A stretch of 64,000 bases of DNA from contig NW_027192218.1 of NCBI RefSeq assembly GCF_041956535.1, positions 201,728 to 265,727 on the forward strand, read 5' to 3'. The position numbers were made by a program, and so were the translations under genes. The first letter of the stretch is position 1. Every line of letters begins with the position of its first letter. The notes beneath the pieces are model-generated. The model searched no databases, was not told the DNA's origin, and saw only the letters and a program-made list of their open reading frames with translations. Source of the DNA: Calcarisporiella thermophila CBS 279.70. Lineage: Eukaryota > Fungi > Calcarisporiellomycota. Of the stretch, positions 1 through 11,000 are shown one piece after another.

Positions 1-3000
1 GAATTAGGGCGATTGTATCTCAAGGCCGTCGAATCTCTTTCTCACAGCTCTGCCACATGGAGGGTACAGCCATATTACATCTAAGCTTCGCTGTGAAACA
101 GGACCAGGTGAGCTCGAAGCATTATTTAGGGTGTTCTCTTGGTAGCCGCTAATTTACTCTTTACCCAACTTTATCTAGGCTTTGGGAGCAGATTATATCA
201 AATTTATGAAAGCTGGGGGACGAGACTCTCGCATCACTCCCTTTAATGTGGCGTGCTTACTCTCCATAGCTCGAATTCACCGATTTGAAAGCACGGTATT
301 TTAATAAATTCGCAGGGATTCGCGGCTCTTCTAATAACACTGTTGTATCACTCCTCTCCAGATAATGGATTTCCTCAAGGGCTCAGTCGTTAATGCGTTC
401 AAAGATCAAGAACGACTAGAAAAGTCCCAATGGATAGCAGGTTATATTATGGTTATAATTCAACTCCAACATTATTTTAATATCTTGCCTTCACCATTGA
501 ACTAAACAGAACTCTCTGGTTTCAAGCCGGTGCAAATCTGGCCCATCTTTCACAACGTCATTCGGCGGACGGTTTTTGGCTGGGATCAAACAATACAGAG
601 CTTAGTTCGGCTAGGATTTTTGGTGATAGATTATGCGGCTGCCGCAGACAGATGGGGAAAATGTAACAGAGTGCTTCCTTTGAGGGAGTCTAAGGGTACT
701 GATGGGCACTAATACATTCTGCTTGAAGTTCGAAAGGGTCCTCCAGTTACACCTAATGAGCATACTTGTGTCATTGGCGTGCGCATTTTATTAGAAACTT
801 TCAAGGTATGTCCTCTCGATTGGTGCCTTATAGAGGGATCAAATTTATTGTATTAATTATACTTGTTGCTTATAGCTCCATAGCTCTGTTCGGATGGAGG
901 TGCTTGATCAATGCATAGCTAGAATTATGACCAAATCCAACAGCGCATATTACTTTGTCGAGCTTTTATCCTCGCTAACCAAGGATTGTCCACAGTTGCT
1001 CTTAGAATATCTCCCTCGAGTACGATAAACACCTGTCTGCACCTTGCTTGATTCTCACGAATGATTGTTTTTAGATCCGAGAAACATTGGACTATCTCTG
1101 TTTTATGTCCCTTCCTATCGCGGAGCACCTTATGAAAGCGGTGCAGCCCCTAATATATCTGAGCGCATCTCTTCGTGATGGGTTGCTACTAGTGCTTCGT
1201 AAAGGAATGTTTTCCAAGTAAGCACTGTTAATTTATAAACCAATCTGTGGAGCACAAAGCTTAACCTAGGGTTTTAGGGAGCTCGATGGCCGCCTCATTG
1301 CCCTTAGCGGATTCCTTGAGATGCTTAGACCACCTCAGTATATGAAAGATGCTGCCGAACGGCCCTCAACCTCCACCCAATTAAATCAAGACCTGGATGC
1401 AACAACTCAACATGATATAGAGGCACTGTGGATAGAGATTTTGGGTAGATATCTGTATTATTTGGTGCAATTTGAGCAGCATAGTAAGGTTGATTAATAG
1501 GCATGCTTCGACGGTGTTTCAGTCAACAGTCTGAAGTGCGTGTCATGCTTTATCGCGGTCTGGATCGTTTGATAGACATCAATCCTGAGTTGAATATCAT
1601 GATATTTGAGATCCTTTACCAACAAGTTAGACCTAGCTATATACTTACTTAACATGGCTAATACTAATTAGCTACATTAGTTCCAGAAATTCTACGTGCA
1701 AGATCTTAATATATCCACGCCATTCCGTTTTGAAGAGTGCGTCAATAGCGACACAGCTGGAGGAGTGCCCAAAATGACTGAACCTATTCACCATCTTCTC
1801 TCCTGTCTTTGCAAAACAGTTCGCAGTTTGTCTACACACGATCTAGGTAGATAGACTCTAATATCCTCACCAATATGCATGTAGATATTAACTTGTAGAT
1901 GTCTAGATGTGCGGCACCTTGCTGAATGCCGCAGTTTACTTGTTACTCTAGCCCAGAGGTTTGTTCGAGCAGACGTTGAGGACTATGAGCTCGATAAATC
2001 CGCCGAGTTTAATGCAGGAATTCGAAACAACATCTATGCAGACATGCTCCTAGGATGTTATGAAGTAATGGTGAAATTATGAAATGGTTCGGAGCTGCTT
2101 CTTATTTCTATTGAGCACTTAGGTCATGATGGAGCATATATCGGTGGCAGAAGAAGAGGGTGTGAATGTGCCGGAAATCATTGGCAAGCTCATGAAGCGA
2201 TACAAAACTCTTATCGAAGTTATCAAGGAAAAGACGCATCAATCTCGAAGTAACCAATATCATTAACTCTTAAAAAATGATGGCCACCGCCTATTTTTGT
2301 TTTCATTTTTATTTTTATTTAGCTCGGAGGCAGTATGGCAGTGCGTCAGATATATCGATACTTCATCTCCGTGATACTGCCAAAATTTGTCATTCCGTTT
2401 TCACGGAATCCAAGTCAAGAGATTCTCTGGGCTCTAACGTGGACTACGTTCGATACTTGACATCTATATCGTTGACCCAGTTGAGCGAAGTAGGTGCAAT
2501 GTTGTGGGTTTCCAGCGTTCTATCTCATATATCTCTTGTCAACCCGTAGCTTATACACCATCTGGATGAGCCAAGTATGGACCTCTATGAGAGCTCCCTG
2601 CAACTTGCGCACATCTATGCAATCGAGTTTATCGGCAAAAACCATCTAGATGATCTGATACACCAGCAGGCAAACGACAAGAAAAAGGACAAGGTAACCC
2701 GCATTTTCTTTTTTCTGACACCGGTGAACCAAGCTCTAAGAAACTATTATCGATAGAATAAATCGATATTATCTGGCTTCATCGACTGCTTTACTGTAGC
2801 GCTCCAGGCCGTGATCACCAATTGGGAGGGGAGGCTGTGCGACTTCCTTACAAGAACATTGCCAAAAGATCCAAATGAAGAAAGCGATGACGGTGAAGAC
2901 CTATGCGGGCGGATAGGAGCCCACCTGAACGCATACCAGGTACATTTACAAAGTTTATACAGCCTCATGCTAAGGCTAATCAATCTTTATCTCATATAGC

Positions 3001-4450
3001 AACTCGTTATTCAGTACATAAGCGATAAAATCCCTCTTCATCGCGAGGCAATTGGAATAGTACGCGCAATGCAACATCTCTATAATATACTCTATCGCCA
3101 ATATGGTGAGAGTAACGCACAGGCCAAGAGATTTACACAGTGGCTCGTACTGCTCTGCAAGGAACATACCATTGACGAACAGTCGCTCATTAAGGCCTTA
3201 CTCTCGCTTCTTCTCACCATTAGCAAAAATAACTCGAATTATGATTGCATTAATGAGATAGCCCTCGATGTACTTGCGCTTCTCGGCGATGTACAGTCGC
3301 CCATAATGGATGATATGGAAGAGGAAGAGCCCGAGACCGAGTTCAGTATCGTCACGTTGCGAACTGCTTTGCCAATGGCTGCCCAACTCTTAGTATTTTT
3401 GGAGGAAAACTACGAGGAGTTGGAGTGGTGTTGCAATTATCTTAGGATCTCTTTACAGGCTATACTAAGTAGGTGAAATTTTGGGTATCTTTGCTCGTCG
3501 CGTGGCGGGAGGTGTGCTTAATATTTTATTCGTATTCTAGAGGATAACCCCAGCAATAATATCCCCTCTGAAATTGAGGGCTTCTCTGCTGAAATTTGTC
3601 GACGCCTGCGAGCATTGATGCTGATTCATGTCACCCTGGAACGCACTAATTTGCAAGGAATGGCCGCAGAGAATGTAATTCGTTCATTAAGATCAACACA
3701 CAAAGCATTGCACGCATTGGTAAAATTTGTAAGGTCTAATCAATCTTCAGGTGATAATGTGGGATGCTAACGTTGAATATGCACGATAGAAACTATTAGA
3801 GGGGAAAAAATTTGAGCAGCAGGAATTTGCCGATGTCATTGCACTTGCTGGAGGAGACTTGTCTAAGCACATGTATGAGGCTATGGGAGTGTATGGGCAG
3901 CGGAATGAGGAGGGTCTCGCTGGTGGAGGGAAAAAGTCGGGGAAAAAAGGAGGATCTGGGGCGAATTTAAAGCTGAAGGTAAACACGGCTAAAGCTCATT
4001 AAATATAATATAAGAAGGCTAAGGGTTTTTTTTTATTATATAGGCGAAGGCTAAACGGGAGGGGAAATTGTATCCGGATTTAGTATTTCGTGTGGAGATG
4101 TTCGAGAAAAGTCTGATTGATCTTTCGAAGAAAACAGGGGTAGGGCCTCATCTTTGCGTTTGCGGTCCCGACGAGGGAAATGTCTAACCACCTCTCGGTA
4201 ATACTAGGTGAATTATATGAAATATCTGAAGCGTTCGACAGCACGAGACTTCAGGATATTGACCGAGCATCTCGTCAATGAAGATAAAGAGGGGGAGGAA
4301 GATGCGGAAGAAGGAGAGACACAGAATGCAAAGAGAAGAGCGCAAACTCGGGCGGAGTCAGAGCCTGGTGATTATGAGCAGGAGGAGGAGGAGGATGGAG
4401 AGGAAGAAGGTGAGAGTCTTATTCGAAGAAAGCGAACACGCCAAATGTAA
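1..4450 (+). CDS. FANCI: Fanconi anemia group I protein homolog (multi-exon; 5' part lies before the window)
   Basis: Spliced translation gives FANCI-typical segments: QLCHMEGTAILHLSFAVKQDQ, FGWDQTIQSLVRLGF, LVLRKGMFSK, LRRCFSQQSEVRVMLY, DVEDYELDKSAEF, and C-terminal KLYPDLVFRVEMFEKSLIDLSKKTGVNYMKYLKRSTARDFRI, followed by an acidic tail. Stop at 4448-4450. Confidence 0.9.
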
Positions 4451-4727
4451 AACTTTCTGTATAAAGAAGAGCTTTTCCATCTTTCCACCTGAAAAACTGC
4501 CAATATATGAAACATCTAGTTTATCTACTGTATGTCGGTTGATAGCAACAAAGGAAATGAAAGTTGAATCGGATTCAGGAAATAGGGGTGGAGATCTAAG
4601 CATCTAAAATCCTTAACTAGTGGGAGATGAAATATAGGCAAAATGATATAAATAGTCTAATGAGATATATCCAGAAGTGAGGGATTGTCACAAAAGTTTT
4701 GTGTGATAAAAAGGGGGGGAAATAAGC

Positions 4728-6560
4728 TTAAAATATCAAAGCAACGCTGAGAGTCAATCCAACTGCCCAGCCCATGGTGTTCCTTGACGCTGAACTTGGT
4801 CGCGGGGGCCCACTCTTTCCACCACAGTCCAGCTGGCACTTGAACGCGAGTGACGACTGATCGTGCATGATGGTATCAGACGGGCATTGCTGGAAGATGT
4901 TTGGCCTAACAATGCAGTGCGACAATTTCGGCGGGGCAGAAACAGGCGGGAAGGCGCCGTTCAGCTGGTTGTATTCTACAGCCAGGTACTCAAGGTTCTG
5001 AAGCTGTGTTATCTCGGTTGGCAGTGGACCAGTTAGTTTATTGTGGGCAAGGGAGAGGCGTTTGAGAGCAGTCATCTTGCCGATGGACGGGGGAATGACA
5101 TCGGTGAATTTGTTGTGAGCAATATCGCTATAGATTGTGGCACAGGTTGAATGGAGACTCCAACAGGCAACATCACAAAAGATTACTTACAAATCCTCAA
5201 CGGTAACCATGTTGCCAACCAAAGGTGAAATCGTTCCGTTCAATTCGTTGTGGTTGAGGATAACCTAGACGGGGAAATTATAAGAACTCCTTCATTCTAC
5301 TTAGACGAATGGTTCATATAGTTACTTTGACCAACGAAGTCGAATTGTAAAGAGTGTCGGGGAGGGGGCCAGACAACTTATTCGCCTTTAGTTTACTATG
5401 GTTCGTACTAGAGGTTAAAAAGAGACCGCACCGGGTGCAATAGGCAGAATAATACTCACAGCAACTGTAGGCTATTTAAACGACCAATTTCCTGAGGAAT
5501 AGAACCAGATAGGCCATTTTCATCCAATTCGAGATTCTGAAGGCTGTGAAGATTGCCGATACTTGGGGGGATAGGACCGGTAAGGTTATTCTTCGAGAGG
5601 TATCTATTCGCAAAAAAAAAAAAGATTGCTCGTGATGGCACTTATTAAGTATAGCTATAGACCAATAACTCACAGTAGTTGCAGATTAATCAGCTGGCCG
5701 ATCTCTTGGGGAATAGGACCAGCAAACCCGTTTCCTTCTAATTTGAGACTTAGGAGGTTCGTAAGTTTTCCGATTGTCCCTGGGATAGGACCAGCGAGGG
5801 TGTTATTGGAGAGGTCGAGCCGCTTTAGCTGGGCCAAATTCATCCATGAGCCAGGGATGCCTCCAGTGAATTTGTTGTTGCTTATATGGAGATTCTCCAG
5901 CAGAGGAAGGGTGCCGAGAACCTCAGGAAGAGGGCCCACCAAGTTGTTTTGGTCAACATTGAGGTATTTCAGGGTTTTTATATTTCCTATTTCAGCAGGG
6001 ATGTTGCCAGTCAGCTTGTTAATACTCAGATCCAGATGGACGAGGTTGGGCAATCGTCCGATGATGGCGGGGAATGGCCCTACTAGATTGTTGCCCTGCA
6101 GATTCAGTTGAGTGATACCGCCTACTCCGCTGCATTGAATACGCGCCCATGTACAGCATGACATCATATCCTGGCTATCCCATCCCGTCTTTTCCGCCCA
6201 ATGCTCTCCACCAGTCTGCTTGAACAATTCGCTGAGTACTGCGCAAGATGCACGCAAGGTATCAGCGTGCTCCTGGTTGAGGGTTGCATTTTCCGGGAGA
6301 CCGGGCACATTCGAGATTTTGGGGGGTGCGCTGGATGCCTCGGGAGGGGAAGGATCAGTTGTAGTCGGGCCTTCCGTCGGGGCTGGGACATCAGGGGCTT
6401 CTTGAGAGGGGGTGGTGGGCGAAGAAGGGATGTTCTCTCCTTCTGATGGTTGCGAATCGGGGCCCTCCTCCGGAGGACTCTCCTCTTGAGCCCTCACCGT
6501 GAGGAGCATCAGGAGAAGGGCGAGTAGGAAGAGCGCGGATAAGGAATGTTTAGAGGCCAT
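4728..6560 (-). CDS. Secreted, probably GPI-anchored leucine-rich repeat protein with plant-type 24-aa LRRs (~524 aa)
   Basis: Exons 6560-5674, 5603-5460, 5395-5326, 5264-5191 and 5127-4728 total 1575 nt in frame. Signal peptide, P/S/T/E-rich stalk, N-cap W..CCTWARIQC, about 13 LxxLxLxxNxLxGxIPxxIG repeats, Cys C-cap, small-residue stretch and a hydrophobic C-terminus with no cytoplasmic tail. Confidence 0.88.
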
Positions 6561-8024
6561 TACTTGTGTTCAACAGATGGGAAATTAGGGGAGGTGAGGA
6601 GGGGCTCTTCCTTTGCTTTTCGATTCTAGTCGAGGGAAGGAATGACGAGAGTAGCGAACTATATTGAATTGAGATGACACTAAAAAAAGAACCACTCTGT
6701 ACGACAAACTTCCGGAACGGCTTAATTCAACTAATGAACGTACAAAGCAGAAATATAAATCCCATTAAGTGCGACGAAACCAATTGTTCAAATCGATCTA
6801 ATGCGCTATGACAAATATGGGCTCTCCCATCATCTCATTAATCCTCATTTTACGATCCTAAAAGAAGGCTTCCAATTTTCCTGGCGTCGCCCTTCTCGAT
6901 CCGCCTCATTACTTGAATCTAGTGTGAATCGACTGCAATAGGAAACACAAATCCGATTTCCTTTTTGTCTCATTGCAGAAAAAATGTGAATCAAATATAG
7001 TAAAGCCGCTTGGCCTTCTGAGTCGGGAGTTAGCTTACTTTGATATGGACCCAGCTTAAATTAGTAAGTACTTGCGTCGAACTTGCAAGTCTGAGCAAAC
7101 ACAAAAACACATTTTCAATGCTGGCGGAAGCATCAAATATTGTTTTTCTACCCGTGGGTATATCGTGCAGCCCTGATAGTTTCACGATCTGCTGCAAGCT
7201 TCCAATACTCGCAGCTCTACTCAACTCCCTCACCGCGGTGACATCGAAATTATAGACCGCGGTGCTTGGAATACTTGGAGTCTTTTCGCGTATCAGTTGA
7301 CACCCCTATTTTCATTTTGGATTGAGGCCAGCGCTAAGCTTAAGGATATGGAAAGTGGATTAGAAACAATATTGAGGAAACAAGGAAAAAAAATTTCCTC
7401 CGCGCCTATTTGTTACATCCATGGTGAAGCCTGTGGAAAAAAAAAAAGTACAAGAAGGTTGAGGGCAGGTTTACCTGATGTCAGTGACTATCTCCAAAGA
7501 GTACTAGCGCATTAAAGGATTTTCTGTCGTCGAAAACTTTTTACTGAAGTATTTGAATAGCTGCTCTTCTCTCCAAATCGCTCCATTTTCCAAGAATTGA
7601 CGACACACACACCGATTTCTCCCTCGCGCCGTGATATTTATTCACGGCCTCCGTCTTTTCTTAAGTTGCTAGGTAAGTTAAGCTAAGAGATGTAACTTCT
7701 CATGGTTGCATGGAACACAAGGCTTTGTCTTCACCCTTCCTATATGCTTCTCTGTTTGCTTCTCTCTTGATTTCCTCCCTAAGGGGACCTGGAGTTGCCA
7801 AAAGCATTTATATCTAAAATTTTCTCTTATCATAGATTAGCAATTAACGTAGTCATCAGTAGCTGTGTGATCAAATGTTTTCCTAAAACAACATCTCTTG
7901 GTCGTCACTGTCGCCAATTTTCTTATATTCTACTCTATTCTCCTTGTAAGTCCCTATGTTTTTTGCATGTTTTAATTACTCGACACTCATCATTTTGTTA
8001 AACCTTCTCACTTTTGATAGCAAT

Positions 8025-11000
8025 ATGGTATTCCAACATCAACATATATATAAACTGCCCGCGCGCATTTACTTCGACAATAATAAAACACCCCCGCGGG
8101 ACAGCAATGCTCTCCTTTCTTCTTCAACCCATTTCAATGAACAAAGACATTCTCAGATTAGCCAGCGCAACCCATCTGCTTCGCCTCTAAAATCTCTCTC
8201 CACCACATCACCCCGCGCTAGGAGTGGCTCACGCTCGTCATATGGCTCATGGACCCCTTTGCCCGACCGCCAGTCCTCCCAGAATTGGTCAACTTCCTCA
8301 CATTCTACTACCGCATACCGAGAGAACGCTTATTCTGGTCGCTCCGACTCCTCGACCTATCCCTCGATGAACGACACCAAAGGGTTTGTCGCGTTGAGCG
8401 CACAGGATAATCACCGCCGATTATCCACTTCGAACTCTGCCTACCCCTATACAACAGATAACTATTCAATAGAGCATTCCCACTCCGCACGACAGTTGCA
8501 ACTCGATAGGTCGGGCCCCGGTTTCCTTTCTACTTGCGGTGCTCAAAACGGACTAACAGCTGGGGAGGGCCAGGAGCTCTTGCTCGAGCAACCATTCTGC
8601 TCTGAAAATAACTCAAATAATGGTGGATACGGGCAGGATGGCCAAATCCATAAGTTTAATAATGTCCAATACCGGCAATACCATAGTACGCAGGCACAGT
8701 CACAATCTGCAGTCTACCGCCCCTCTCACCCGTTGGTATATGCCTCCCAATATGTACAGCCTGGGCATACGCCCTCCATGACTTCGACCTTCTACTCCTC
8801 CTCATCCTCCGAGTTTTACAGTGGGGCATCTCACTCGGCTTATAATGGTAGCGTGGACGCTTTGTTGGTAGCACAAGGACTATCAAACAAGTATCAGCCG
8901 CATAGCACCCTTTCCGTCTATGGGACCCGGCAGTCTGCTTCCCAAATCGATAACCATTCCAGCAGAAATGGAGTTTATGATGTACAATCGTCAGTGCTGG
9001 ACCGCCATAACCATACAATATCCTCTCTATTAGATCAGGCTGCTCCTACCGTTGGCACTAATCAACAAAATGATGCCGTCTTGTTCGACACCAATCTTCC
9101 ACCCCAGTTGCATTTTCTCTCCTCGCTCATGCATTTACACGGCTACCAGCAGCAAACCCAACAACAGGCACAGCAACAGCTGCCTCCTATGATGGTACCA
9201 CCTCCATCCCCAAATATGCTTAGCTACTATTATCAATCAAACCACCAGGATCGTTACAATCAAAAACAGTATCCGCAACCCTTTGTAGGCGATTATACCC
9301 ATGGCGCTTCGGTACTTCAGGAGCAGTATTTACCGGCGATCCAACAATACCAAGGGAGCTTCCTGTTAGGACACCAGCATCTAGCTCAGCAACAGCAATC
9401 ACATCAGCAGCAGCAAAAGCAACAGCAACCTCAACCCCCCTACATACACCAGCAGAAATCTCGTCAGAACTTGGCATCCCAGTCAATTCTTGGATATCAC
9501 AATCAACCTCCTATAAACCATGTGAATGGTGTAGTAAACTTTGGCAACGGCAGTTCAGGCCAAAGAGCTTCCACCCAAAATTTGCTCTATGATTATTCTG
9601 CCGCGTTGGATCTTGTGGCCAGCGCCTATCCAAGCGGTGTGTCAAATGCTATCGTGCCTGCACATTTGATAGACCCACGGAAAGAGGAATGGAGAGGTAA
9701 ATCAATTTCATTCTATCATCTATTGTAGCTCTCTACTAACATTTTCATGTAGACAACATTCTCCACTACACCCACAGAATCTATAGCCAAAATCCGCTTG
9801 ACCCTAGCTTGATGCCAATGCTACAGGAACTGCACAGCTATCACCCACAACACCTACCAACATTGCTCCTTCTTGCATGTGTCTATTACTGTCACCAAGA
9901 CTATCAAAAATCGCTCTACTATAACCAACTCATCCTATCTATTGATCCCAATTATGTCGAAGCGATGAGCAATATTGGAACCACGCTGCGTCGAATGGGG
10001 CGATCAGCCGAAGCAGAGGAATGGTGGTGGCGCGCAGTTCGACTACGCCCTACATACTGGGATGCCTTTGAAAATCTCATTGGGGTACTCTGCCTTGCAT
10101 CGCAGGAGGATGACGGTGCCAACAAGGGGGATAAGCGGACCGAAAAGAAGTCGACACGTCCTCGCTACAAGGAGGCGCTTGAGCTGTGTAATTTTGTAGA
10201 GCAACATGCTCTCGCCTCGTTTTCTAGATCCACTGTGGGCACTCAGTCGCTTGGTGGATGTGCAACTAGCTGGCCCGCGCAGAACATTACTCGCTTCTTG
10301 AATCTATTCCACACCAAAGGCAATATTCGCTGTGCACTGAGTGATATGGCTGGTGCCAGAGCCGAGTACGAGAAAGGGCTAGAGTTTGCGTTCGGAGGGA
10401 GATCACTGCTCGAGGTTGTCGCATTAACCGCTTGGATGAACAATAAGCCATCATTTGCATCGCATCGCAACACAAAGGACTTGGATACCGACAATATTCC
10501 GCTTGTATTGCTATCACCAGAACAGGCGCTCCATGTGATTTCCTCAATTTTCACTGAATCAGGGGGCGTGCTCCCTGGCTTGGCGCCACTGAATCGGGCA
10601 GTATCTGTTGGGTCGTCGGAAAGCTCTCTCCTACAGCAGGGTAATCAAATGGCTGCCAATATGCTGCTTACTTTGGCAAAACTTTTTCAAGATGCAATGG
10701 CTGGCACCGGCGCTAACATCGGCTTGAGCCAACCTCCCACTATGGCCATGCTCTTACCACTCTACTATCTCTCTCTTTCTCTTCATCCTTCACCTTCGAC
10801 TTGTAATAATCTTGGCATTCTGCTTGCTACTATCACGGCACCTATTCCAAGTGGACAGGCCTCGCAGCAACCAATCACAGGCTCGTCGCTTGCAATGAAA
10901 TACTACACCTATGGATTACAGCTCGATCCAAAGCACCCGCACTTGTATACCAATCTTGGGTCCTTGCTTAAGGATATGGGCCATCTTGCGGAGGCAGTGC

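Noticed and set aside
7030-7515. Short ORFs on both strands between the LRR gene and OGT, and two ACCGCGGT palindromic sites
   Set aside because: No credible start, exon chain or recognisable motif; probably promoter sequence.
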